NCBI GenBank assembly: GCA_036513415.1
Contig: DATBZA010000107.1
Location: forward strand, 37,773-101,772
Reading direction: 5' to 3'
Length of the DNA: 64,000 nt
Source of the DNA: Myxococcales bacterium
GTDB lineage: Bacteria; Myxococcota; Myxococcia; Myxococcales; 40CM-4-68-19
Below are positions 18,344 to 33,800 of this stretch, in pieces. Under the pieces are notes generated by a model. It did not search any database. It was not told the origin of the DNA and worked only from the letters and a program-made list of their open reading frames with translations. A program made the translations under genes and the position numbers. The first letter of the stretch is position 1; each line of letters begins with the position of its first letter.

Positions 18344-18379
18344 TCATCGTACGATCGTAATATCATTTGCGTACGATGA
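18344..18379. promoter_or_regulatory. probable TetR operator: 10-nt perfect inverted repeat with nested palindrome
   Basis: TCATCGTACG (18344-18353) pairs with CGTACGATGA (18370-18379) across a 16-nt AT-rich spacer. A nested perfect palindrome TACGATCGTA lies at 18350-18359. The site is 31-66 nt upstream of the tetR start. Confidence 0.6.
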
Positions 18380-18506
18380 ACGGGTCAGCACCGGGATTCG
18401 CGGGAGCCCCGCGCCGTCTCAAGATTCTGAGTGAAGCCGAGCCAGACCTTCGAAGATTGGCTTCGTCAGCGACCCGATGAATGCACCACCGGCGGCGCCG
18501 GCCGTT

Positions 18507-21500
18507 TCAGGGCGTGGCTTCCGGCTCGGGGGGAAGGGGCGCGGGTTGCTCGTGCCCGCGGCGATTCGCCAGCCGCTCCACCAGCACGAACAGCACCGGA
18601 ATGATGAAGATGGCGATGGCCGTCGCCGCCAGCATGCCCGTGATGACCACGGTGCCCAGGATCTTGCGCGCGATCGCGCCCGCCCCCGTCGCGATCCAGA
18701 GCGGAGCCATGCCGAAGATGAACGCGAACGACGTCATGAGAATCGGGCGGAGCCGCAGTCGAGCTCCCTCGAGTGCCGCCTCGACCAGGGGCCGCCCCTT
18801 CTTCATCTCGTCGCGAGCAAACTCCACGATGAGGATGGCGTTCTTGGCCGCGAGGCCGATCAGCATCGCCAACCCGATCTGGGCGAAGATCCCCAGGTCG
18901 AAATTGCGCAGGTAGAGGCCGAGAAACGCACCCAGGACTGCCACCGGCACCGACAGCAGCACCGAGAACGGAAGCGACCAGCTCTCGTATAGCGCCGCGA
19001 GGATCAGGAACACGAAGCCCAGGGACAGGGCAAAGATCGGCCCCGCCGTTCCCGACGCCTTCTTCTCCTGATAGGACAGATCCGCGAACCCATACCCCAT
19101 CTCGCGCGGCAAGACCTGCGCCGCCACTTGCTCGAGCGCGGCCAGCGCCTGCCCCGAGCTGTACCCGGGGGCGGCCGAGCCCAGGACCTGTGCCGCGCGG
19201 TACAGGTTGAATCGATTGGTGTATTCGGGCCCGGCGATCCGGCGCGTGCTCACCAGCGTGGAGAGGGGCACCATGCTGCCCTGCCCGTTGCGTACGTAGT
19301 ACTGACCGATGTCTTGCTCGCTCAACCGGCTCTCGCCCTCGGCCTGGAGAAACACGCGCCATTGGCGGCCGAATCGGTTGAACTGATTGACGAACAAGCC
19401 GCCCAGATACGTCTGCATCGTCTGGTACACGTCGCCGATCGCGATTCCCTGATTGAGGACCTTGTCCCGGTCCACGTCGGCGTAGACCTGTGGGATTCCG
19501 GCGGTGAACACCGAGTTGACCCCGGTCAGCTCCGGGCGCTTGCGCGCCGCGTCCAGGAACGCCTTGACGTTCTGATCGAGAAACTCCACCGACCCGCCGC
19601 TGCGATCTTGCAGCCACATGGAGAAGCCGCCGGCGTTGCCGAACCCGGGAATGGCCGGAGGGCTGAAGGCGAACGCGGTCGCCTCCGGCACCTGCGCACT
19701 TAGCGCGCGGTTCAGGCTGCGCAGGATCCCGCGCGCCTCCAGCGCCGCCCCCTCGCGCTGGCTCCACGGCTTGAGCTGAATGAACATGAACGCGTTGTAC
19801 GTCGACGACACGCGCGACAGCAGGCTGAAGCCGATGATGCTGGAGTACGCCTGCACTCCCTCGGTCTTGGCCAGGATTCCTTCGACCTTCTTGGTCACCG
19901 CTTCGGTGCGCTCCAGGGACGCGGCGGCTGGCAGCTGCACGTTGGCGAGCAGGAAGCCCTGGTCCTCCTCGGGGATGAAGCTGGTGGGGAGCTTGCGACC
20001 CACCAGGCCGTCGACGGCGATGAACGCGACGAGGATGGCGACGGCGATGACCGGCTTCCGGATCAGGCCGTGGCTCCATCTGACGTAGCCGAGCGCGGAC
20101 CGGTCAAACACCCGATTGAACAGTCCGAAGAAGCGGGCCAGGGGACCACGGCCCGGCCGCCGCGGCCGGAGCAACAGCGCCGACAGCGCCGGTGACAGCG
20201 TGAGCGCGTTGAATGCGGAGATGAGCACCGAGATGGCGATGGTCACCGCGAACTGCGTGTTGAGCCGCCCCTGGATGCCCCCCACGAACGCGATGGGCAC
20301 GAAGACCGACGAGAGCACCAGCGCGATCCCCACGACGGGTCCGGACACCTCCTTCATCGCCTGCAGCGTGGCGTCTCGCGGGGACATCCCTTGCTCGATG
20401 TGGTGCTCCACCGCCTCCACCACTACGATCGCGTCGTCCACCACCAGCCCGATGGCGAGCACCAGCCCGAACAACGAGAGCGTGTTGATGGAGAAGCCCA
20501 GCAAGGGAAAGACCGCAAACGTGCCGATCAACGACACCGGCACTGCGATGAGCGGGATGAGCGTGGCGCGCCAGTTCTGCAGGAACAGGTAGACCACCAG
20601 CGTGACCAGTGCCATTGCCTCCAGGATCGTCTTCGCGATCTCGCTGATCCCCTCCGTGACCGGCAGAGTGCTGTCGAGGGTGACGAGGTAGTCGAGATCG
20701 GGCGGGAATCGCTGCTTGAGCTCCGCCATCGCGCTCTTCACGCCTCGGGCTACGTCGAGCGCATTCGACCCGGGAGCCTGGAACACCGCGATGATGCTGC
20801 CGGGCTCTCCGTTCACGCGCGAGACCTGCTGATAGTTCAGCGCGCCCAGCTCGATGCGAGCCACGTCGGACAGGCGCACGACCGAGCCGTCGGGGTTCGA
20901 GCGAACGACGATCTGCGCGAACTCCTCCGCCGACTGCAGGCGCCCCTGCGCGCGGACCGTGTAGGTCATCTCCTTGCCGGGCGGCGCCGGGTCCGCGCCG
21001 ACCCGGCCTGCCGGATTGACCGTGCTCTGCTGCGACAACGCCTTCACCAAATCCGGCACGGTGAGCCCGAGCTTGGCCAGCACGTCCGGCTTCAGCCAGA
21101 CCCGCATCGCGTAATCGCTGGCTCCGAAGAGACGCACCTCGCCCACGCCGCGCACGCGATAGAGCGCGTCGTTGATGTTGATGTTGGCGTAGTTGGCCAG
21201 GAACAGCGAGTCGTAATGCTGATGGGGCGAGTACAGCGCAATGATCAGCATCGGCAGCCCGGTCGACTTCCGGTAGGCGAGGCCGAACTGGTTGACGTCG
21301 GGAGGCAGGTTGGGCTGCGCCTGCGCCACCCGGTTGGACACGTTGACCTGGTCGATGTTGGGATCGGTGTCGATGTCGAACGTGACCGTCAACGCCATGG
21401 TCCCGTCGTTGGCGTTGGTGGACTGCATGTAGAGCATGTCGTCCACCCCGTTCATCTGCTGCTCGAGCGGCGTGGCGACCGACTGCTCCACCGTCACCGC

Positions 21501-21659
21501 GTCCGCGCCGGTGAAGGTGGTGGACACGATGATCTGGGGCGGGATGATGGCCGGATATTGCGCCACCGGAAGGCTGCGCATCGCCAGCAGACCCGCGACC
21601 AACGTGATGATGGAGATGACCATCGCCACGATGGGGCGATTGATGAAGAAGCGAGCCAT
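18507..21659 (-). CDS. RND (HAE1) multidrug efflux permease, AcrB/MexB-like
   Basis: MARFFINRPIVAMV N-terminus. 12-TM / two-large-loop layout. 1,050 aa. Confidence 0.95.
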   Translation of the reverse strand: MARFFINRPIVAMVISIITLVAGLLAMRSLPVAQYPAIIPPQIIVSTTFTGADAVTVEQSVATPLEQQMNGVDDMLYMQSTNANDGTMALTVTFDIDTDPNIDQVNVSNRVAQAQPNLPPDVNQFGLAYRKSTGLPMLIIALYSPHQHYDSLFLANYANININDALYRVRGVGEVRLFGASDYAMRVWLKPDVLAKLGLTVPDLVKALSQQSTVNPAGRVGADPAPPGKEMTYTVRAQGRLQSAEEFAQIVVRSNPDGSVVRLSDVARIELGALNYQQVSRVNGEPGSIIAVFQAPGSNALDVARGVKSAMAELKQRFPPDLDYLVTLDSTLPVTEGISEIAKTILEAMALVTLVVYLFLQNWRATLIPLIAVPVSLIGTFAVFPLLGFSINTLSLFGLVLAIGLVVDDAIVVVEAVEHHIEQGMSPRDATLQAMKEVSGPVVGIALVLSSVFVPIAFVGGIQGRLNTQFAVTIAISVLISAFNALTLSPALSALLLRPRRPGRGPLARFFGLFNRVFDRSALGYVRWSHGLIRKPVIAVAILVAFIAVDGLVGRKLPTSFIPEEDQGFLLANVQLPAAASLERTEAVTKKVEGILAKTEGVQAYSSIIGFSLLSRVSSTYNAFMFIQLKPWSQREGAALEARGILRSLNRALSAQVPEATAFAFSPPAIPGFGNAGGFSMWLQDRSGGSVEFLDQNVKAFLDAARKRPELTGVNSVFTAGIPQVYADVDRDKVLNQGIAIGDVYQTMQTYLGGLFVNQFNRFGRQWRVFLQAEGESRLSEQDIGQYYVRNGQGSMVPLSTLVSTRRIAGPEYTNRFNLYRAAQVLGSAAPGYSSGQALAALEQVAAQVLPREMGYGFADLSYQEKKASGTAGPIFALSLGFVFLILAALYESWSLPFSVLLSVPVAVLGAFLGLYLRNFDLGIFAQIGLAMLIGLAAKNAILIVEFARDEMKKGRPLVEAALEGARLRLRPILMTSFAFIFGMAPLWIATGAGAIARKILGTVVITGMLAATAIAIFIIPVLFVLVERLANRRGHEQPAPLPPEPEATP

Positions 21660-21662
21660 CGT

Positions 21663-22820
21663 TCAACCCTTGGCAGGCGGCTGGAACGGCACCGGCTTGA
21701 CCGCCACACCGTCCCGGACTTTTTGGACCCCTTCGGCCACCACCTTCTCGCCCGCCGCTACCCCGTCCTCGATCACCCACATCGTGCCGACGCGCGCTCC
21801 GACCTTGACCGGGCGGATCTCTACCTTGTCGTCCTTGTCCACGACCGCAATCTGGTAGGACCCCTGCAGCTCGGTGACCGCGCGTTGCGGCACCACCAGC
21901 GCGCCGTGCTTCACCGCGATGGTCGCGCGCACCCGCCCGAACTGCCCCGGCCGCAGGATGTTCGCCGGGTTGGGAAACGCAGCCGCGATCCGGATCGTGC
22001 CGGTCGCCGGATCGACCTGGCGATCGGCCAGCACGAACTTGCCGGGGTGGGGGTAGACGGTGCCATTGTCGAGGAGGAGATCGAGCGGCGTGTCGCCGTT
22101 GGGGAACGGGCGCGCCTCCGCGGAGGCGGTGAGGCCACCGACGAATTGAAGATACTCGCGCTCGCTGATGGCGACGTACGCCTTGATGGGATCGAGGCGC
22201 GAGACCGAGGTCAGCAGGGTCGACGGCCCGACCAGGTCGCCGAGCTGTCCCCGGGCGATGCCGGCGATTCCGTCGGTGAGCGAGCGCACCTTCGTGAACT
22301 CCAGGTTGAGCTGCGCGGTCTTCACGGCCGCCTTCGCAGAGTCGACCGCCGCTGCGGCGGCGAGCTTGGTCTGGATGTCGTTCTCGAGCTGGCTGCGGGC
22401 GATGGCGCGCGACTCCGCCAGCGGAATGTCGCGCTCGACGTCCAGGGTCGCGCGCCCGAGCTGCGCGTCGGCCTGCGCCTTCTGTCCCCGGGCCTGGTCG
22501 AGCGCCGCCTGGAACGGGCGCGGATCGATCTCGAACAGCACGTCTCCCTTCTTGACGTAGGAGCCCTCGACGTAGGTCTGGTTGACGAGGTAGCCGGTGA
22601 CCTGGGGCTGGATCTTGGCGTTCACGTATCCGTCGAGCGTGGCGACCCAGGTCATGCGAAGCGGGACGTCCTGCGCCACGACGTCGACCACGGCGACGGT
22701 GGCGGGCGGCGGGGGAGGGGCGGCCGATCCTTTGCTGCACGCCAACGGCAGCACCGAGAATAACGAAAGCGCCAGCACTCCGACTGGGCCGCGGGGCACG
22801 AATCCGGTTGTCGTCTGCAT
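21663..22820 (-). CDS. RND efflux periplasmic adaptor lipoprotein (AcrA/MexA-like)
   Basis: Lipobox LPLAC. GYVNAKIQPQVTGYLV, coiled coil and beta-barrel motifs. Start at ATG 22820. TATACT lies 10 nt upstream and there is no SD. Confidence 0.9.
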   Translation of the reverse strand: MQTTTGFVPRGPVGVLALSLFSVLPLACSKGSAAPPPPPATVAVVDVVAQDVPLRMTWVATLDGYVNAKIQPQVTGYLVNQTYVEGSYVKKGDVLFEIDPRPFQAALDQARGQKAQADAQLGRATLDVERDIPLAESRAIARSQLENDIQTKLAAAAAVDSAKAAVKTAQLNLEFTKVRSLTDGIAGIARGQLGDLVGPSTLLTSVSRLDPIKAYVAISEREYLQFVGGLTASAEARPFPNGDTPLDLLLDNGTVYPHPGKFVLADRQVDPATGTIRIAAAFPNPANILRPGQFGRVRATIAVKHGALVVPQRAVTELQGSYQIAVVDKDDKVEIRPVKVGARVGTMWVIEDGVAAGEKVVAEGVQKVRDGVAVKPVPFQPPAKG

Positions 22821-22893
22821 GTGAGCGCCAAGTATACGATGCGCACCGGCAGGATTGGATTCCGCGACGCGTGACCTGATCTTCAAGCTGGGG

Positions 22894-23904
22894 TTAGAAC
22901 TCGAATTGCAGCTGGGCGCCGAAGTCCTGGGTCCTCTCGAAGAAGAACTGGCTGTAGAGCACCGCGGCCCGCTGATACTCGAGCAGCAGCCGGACACGGT
23001 GCGCGCCACCCGGGGATGCCCATTCGAGCCCCCCGCTCACGCTCGCGTTCGGGGTCCACCCAATCGCCTGCACCGATGAGAAATTCCCACCGAGCACCGG
23101 ACGAAAGCGCGTGTTCTTGAGCCAGTCCCAAGGTTCCCAGACGGGACCGCGCAGCTCGAAGCCCCACTGGATGAACGCCGGCGCGGAGGTGAGGTTGACC
23201 GCGCTGGAGTTGAGGACCACCAGGCCGCCTCCGGCGAAAAACCGCCACCACGTGTCCTCGACCGAGACGAGCGCGTCGAGGATCTCGAAGCTCAGGTTCT
23301 GGCGCTGCACGCCGTGGGAGAGGCCATAGTTCACAAGGAACTTGTCACCGAGGTGACTGCTCTGGTGATAGAAACGCGCTCGCCCCGACCAGCGTCCGCG
23401 TCGGAAAGTGACCTCCGGCCCCACGAGGTAGTCGGTGTTGAGGAGGTCCAACTCAGGAGTGTCGAGGTTGAACTGCGAAAGGGCCACGCCGAACAAGCTG
23501 ACTTGGAGGCCGTCGCAACCGCCGGACTGCCGCAGGCCCCAGAGGCCGAACGCGCCGCCGAGGGCGACGAGGGCCGCGTTGATGCTCCTGCCCCGCCCCT
23601 CGGCGAACGCCGCGGAGCTGCTATTGAAGTGGATCCGACGGTAGTCCGCGTAGAACCGGGGCTCGCGCTGGTCGGCGAGCAGCGGGCGGAAGACGTCGTT
23701 GTCGGGCAAGAGAACGCCCTCCAGCGGGCTGGACGTGTCCTCCGCCGACACCTGCGTTGCCGGAGTTGCCGTCGAGTAGCGGCAGTCCAGGTGCTGGGCC
23801 ATCTCGAAGGTCCGCTCTGCGGACAGCGCTGGCGCTGCCGCGACGAGCATGCCCGCCAGGACTTCCTGGAACCGCAACACCGGTCGTAAGCCGCGGCGCA
23901 TCAT
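22894..23904 (-). CDS. outer-membrane beta-barrel protein, DUF1207-like
   Basis: Signal peptide. Alternating amphipathic strands. C-terminal ...GAQLQFEF (terminal Phe). YHQSSHLGDKF motif that I associate with DUF1207. Confidence 0.55.
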   Translation of the reverse strand: MMRRGLRPVLRFQEVLAGMLVAAAPALSAERTFEMAQHLDCRYSTATPATQVSAEDTSSPLEGVLLPDNDVFRPLLADQREPRFYADYRRIHFNSSSAAFAEGRGRSINAALVALGGAFGLWGLRQSGGCDGLQVSLFGVALSQFNLDTPELDLLNTDYLVGPEVTFRRGRWSGRARFYHQSSHLGDKFLVNYGLSHGVQRQNLSFEILDALVSVEDTWWRFFAGGGLVVLNSSAVNLTSAPAFIQWGFELRGPVWEPWDWLKNTRFRPVLGGNFSSVQAIGWTPNASVSGGLEWASPGGAHRVRLLLEYQRAAVLYSQFFFERTQDFGAQLQFEF

Positions 23905-24132
23905 TTCCCAGCTACGACTGCAGCAGCAGCTTCACGGGCAAACGAACCCATACTGCTTCGGCTTTCCGGCTTGGCATCAAAACCCCCTTGCTGCTGTTCC
24001 GCAAAAGATGCGGGCGGGTGCCTTGGCGATTCGCCCGCATTCCGGGTATCTGCTTTGGCAGGGTCCTTCTACCCTTGGGCGGCGTCCGCCTTTCTGAGAG
24101 GCGGGAGAGCTAAAATCAGCTTGGAGCACGGT

Positions 24133-30321
<6,189 letters not shown>

Positions 30322-30342
30322 ATGGTCCATGAGTGCAGCCGC

Positions 30343-30358
30343 TGGCATGACCGTTGCT
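30343..30358 (+). promoter_or_regulatory. candidate sigma-54 promoter TGGCAT-N5-TTGCT
   Basis: Near-consensus -24/-12 match located 22 nt after the stop of the giant EBP gene. My rough base-composition estimate gives about 0.06 chance occurrences of this pattern in the whole window. The C of GC is 18 nt from ATG 30375. Confidence 0.55.
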
Positions 30359-30374
30359 CTCTGACCGAGCCGTC

Positions 30375-30656
30375 ATGTTCAAGATCCGGAGGTCCTCTGC
30401 AGGGCGATGGGTCTTCGTGAGTGGTCGGATCGACGGAGAGGCAGTGTCCGAGTTGCAGCGCCTGTTGGGCCGGGAATCGGCAGGGAGCGGGCTGATTCTG
30501 GATCTCAAGGGAGTTCGACTCGTGGATGCGGAGGCAGTAGAGTTCTTCGCGCGTTGCGAGGACGCGGGGATCAAACTTCGGAGTTGCCCTGCGTACGTCC
30601 GCGAGTGGATCGCCAGCAGTCGGCGTCAAGCCGCACTGATCCCAGCACGGGAATGA
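30375..30656 (+). CDS. small STAS-like (anti-sigma-antagonist fold) protein, hypothetical
   Basis: 93 aa. The pattern ...LILDLKGVRLVDAEAVEFF... resembles the STAS core but lacks the conserved phosphorylatable Ser. No SD. Confidence 0.5.
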   Translation: MFKIRRSSAGRWVFVSGRIDGEAVSELQRLLGRESAGSGLILDLKGVRLVDAEAVEFFARCEDAGIKLRSCPAYVREWIASSRRQAALIPARE

Positions 30657-30711
30657 CGTCCAGCTTCTCCAGCGCCGCCAACCCAGCGCTGGCCGCTGCG
30701 CTCTCGTGTTC

Positions 30712-30758
30712 CGAATTACGAATTTCGGTGATCTCAAAGCACGACATCTCGTAATTCG
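30712..30758. other. perfect 10-nt inverted repeat CGAATTACGA / TCGTAATTCG with 27-nt spacer
   Basis: Arms at 30712-30721 and 30749-30758, in a locally AT-rich spacer between the STAS-like gene and the propeller kinase gene. Confidence 0.7.
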
Positions 30759-30813
30759 AGGGCCCGTGCTGCTCCTGGAGGGCTGGCCCGGTTCATGAAT
30801 AGGCTGCAGTTGG

Positions 30814-33800
30814 ATGGCCGTGGCCACGAACGGGACAGGGCCGGCGCAGGTTGCTGGCGAGCGTGCGATTGCCTCCGGCGACGTGAGCTCGCTCGCCGAA
30901 GTCCGAAGGCTGCGGCGTATTGTCGGTGTGAGCAGGCCGGGATTGCCCCCGAGCGTAACAAAGCGGGCCCGCGTGGCTTGCCTCATCATCCCGTTCGCGC
31001 TGGCGGCACCCGTGTATGCGCTCCGGCCGCAGAAATCGGACACGCAGTTCACTCACACAGGCTGGTCCGCGAAAGATGGCATCCCGGGTCCGGTCCGGGC
31101 AATCGCTCAGACGAGGGACGGGTACTTGTGGCTCGCGACGGAAGCCGGCCTGTACCGGTTCGACGGCCTTCGCTTCGCCCCATACGAGCCCAGCCGCAGC
31201 TCGCATTCCCACGGGCCCGCCGTCCTGTCGCTCCTTGCTGCGCAGGACGGGAGCCTGTGGATGGGATTCGGCTCCGGCGGAATCGGCCGGCTTCGCGACG
31301 GCCAGGTCACCCACTTCCCCCCTGGCGAGGGCGTTCCCGAGGGTGGAATCCTCTCCATCGTGGAAGACGGGGCTGGTTCGATCTGGGCCGCGGGACAGTA
31401 CGGCTTTGCCAGCTTCGACAACGGCAAGTGGCGCCGGGTCGGAGCGGAGACGGGCTATGCCGCCCCAGGAGCGCAAGCGCTATTGGTTGATCATGCGGGC
31501 ACGCTCTGGGTCGCAACGGACGGATTGAATTTCGGATTGAGCAAGCACCCGATTCGCGCGAACACGATCCTGACTCTTGCCAAGAACGCGACGCATTTCT
31601 CCCCGACGGGCGAGGCCGTCGGCATGATCTGGAGCATGGCCGAGGCGCCCGACGGGACTGTCTGGGTCGCGGACACGACCTTCAAGAAGGCGCGACGGAT
31701 GGACGGCCGCGGAGCGGCTTCGCCCGCGGTCGCCGTCGATGGAGAGCCGTTGTGCCTGACCTTCGGCAGGGATGGGAGCCTATGGGTTGGCCTGATCGCA
31801 GGTGGTGTGCGCCGCGTGCGGGACATCGGCCGGGACGCGCCGCTCGATCGGTTTCGCGTCGAGGACCACCTTTCGGGCAGCCTCGTGTATGCGGCGCTGA
31901 AGGATCGGGAAGGCAACCTCTGGTTCGGGACGGGCGGCGGCTTGGATCGGTTTCGCGAGAACAAGATGACTGCCTTCTCAGAGAGCGAAGGCCTGGGTCC
32001 GGATCAGAAGATCGCGCTGACTTCCACACCGGACGGGAGCGTGTGGCTGGTCAGCTATGCCCAGGACAAGGTGCGCCGCTTCCGGGATGGAGCGTTCGTC
32101 AGCTCGACGCTCGCGCCTTACAGCCCATCCGACTCGAGCCGGATCCTGGCCCTGTACGCGAATCCAGCCGGTCAGGTCTGGGTCGGAGGAAGCTTCAAGC
32201 TGGCCAGGGAGAGTCACGGGACGTTCTCGTACCTCGACGTCCCGGGCGTGATTGGTCCGTCGTCCGTCGAAGCGGTCGCCGAGGACAAGGCGGGCGCCCT
32301 GTGGGTGACATTGACGAGCCCCGGCGGGACCAGGCGAATCCTGCGGCGTCGGCGCGGCAAGTGGACAGAGCTACCCGCGCAAACGGTTCTCCCGCCGTAC
32401 CGCTGTCGGGTGCTGCATGCGGACGCTCTGGGCCGCATGTGGCTGGGCTTCGAGAACGGCGAAGTGGTCGTCTTCGAAGGCGATGCGTCCCGCCTGTACT
32501 CGGCGAAGGACGGCCTGCGTAGCGGTCGGGTTCTCGTCATCGCGGAGGACCGCGAGGGCCACGTCTGGATCGGGGGCGAGAGCGGTTTGAGCCGATTTGG
32601 TCAAGATCGGTTCGTTACGCTGACGCAGGACAACGGCCTTCCGGGGAGCTCCGTCTCGGGAATCCTGGAGGACGACGACGGCAACTTGTGGCTCGCTGGG
32701 GCGCTCGGGATCCTTCGGGTGAAGCCGCAGGAGTTGGACAAGGCGCTCGCGTCTGCGTCTTATCGGGTCGAGGGGGTGACCTTCGACGCCACGGACGGAT
32801 TGCACGGTCTTCCGCGACAACGGGAGCCGTTTCCGACCGCCACACGGGCGGCCGACGGGCGGCTCTGGTTCGCCACCACCGGCGGCGTCGCCGTGATCGA
32901 TCCGCGCCGGTGGCCTCGCAACGCGATGGCACCGCCGGTCAAGATCGAGAGAGCCATCGCGGACGATCGCAATCTGGAGTTGTCCAGCGGACTGCGCCTG
33001 CCGCCAAACACGAAGAATCTCGAGCTCCAGTATGCGGCCCTGAGCCTGACGGCCCCGGAACGCGTCCGCTTCCGTTACAAGCTCGAGGGCTACGACGCCG
33101 ACTGGCGGGGGCCGGTCAGCGCCCGGAGCGCGACGTATACCAACCTCCCGCCCGGAGACTACCGGTTTCATGTCGCCGCCTGCAACAACGACGGCGTCTG
33201 GAACGAGGAGGGAGCGGCGCTCGAGTTCACGATCGTTCCGGCCTTTCGCCAGACGCGAGCATTCCTTCTTCTCTGCGCCGCGGCCGCCGGGTGCCTCGTC
33301 TGGGCGGGCTATCGATGGCGGATCCGGCAGGTGAGGTCCCGGCTGCAGCTTCAATTCCGGGAACGGCTGGAGGAGCGAACGCGCATCGCGCAGGAGCTGC
33401 ACGACACGCTGCTCCAGGGCTTCCTCAGCGCGTCGATGCAGCTCCATGTTGCGGTGAACCAAGTGCCGGCGGAAACGGCGGACAAGCGGCGCTTGAATCG
33501 GGTGCTCGAGCTGATGAGGAGCGTGATCGAAGAAGGACGCAACGCCGTCAAAGGGTTGCGTTCTTCGCCGGGCTGCCATGACGATCTCGAAGAGGCGTTC
33601 TCTCGAGTCCGTGAGGAATTGGACGCGAAGGAGGACATCGACTTCTTCGTGATCGGTGAAGGCCAGGCGCGCCCGCTGCACGCCATCATCCGGGACGAAG
33701 TCTACCGGATCGGCCGCGAAGCGGTGGTCAACGCGTTTCAACATTCGGGAGCGAACCGGATCGAGGTCGAGGTCGAGTTCGCCGCGAAGGGGTTGCGGGT

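Noticed and set aside
16503-18347. 614-aa ORF as a single gene
   Set aside because: Only the part from ATG 17717 is HlyD/EmrA-like. The upstream 210 codons are a low-complexity shadow frame overlapping the TetR gene.
24008-24040. TGGCGA-N5-CCGCA embedded between 8-nt inverted repeats ATGCGGGC/GCCCGCAT upstream of the giant gene
   Set aside because: The -12 half is weak. Short GC-rich inverted repeats are frequent in this composition. The evidence is insufficient to call a promoter or operator.
24077-24104. Mutually exclusive short hairpins (GGCGG/CCGCC/GGCGG) in the giant gene leader, as a possible attenuator
   Set aside because: The stems are only 5-6 bp, there is no leader peptide or U-tract, and the pattern is easily produced by chance in GC-rich DNA.
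23971-24132. Track start (23971) for the giant regulator
   Set aside because: The first 54 codons are Cys/Ala/Gly-rich and have no homology logic. ATG 24133 is preceded by GGAG and lies just before the kinase-like domain. The start remains unverified.
30669-30692. 7-bp GC hairpin after the STAS-like gene as a Rho-independent terminator
   Set aside because: No U-tract follows the stem.
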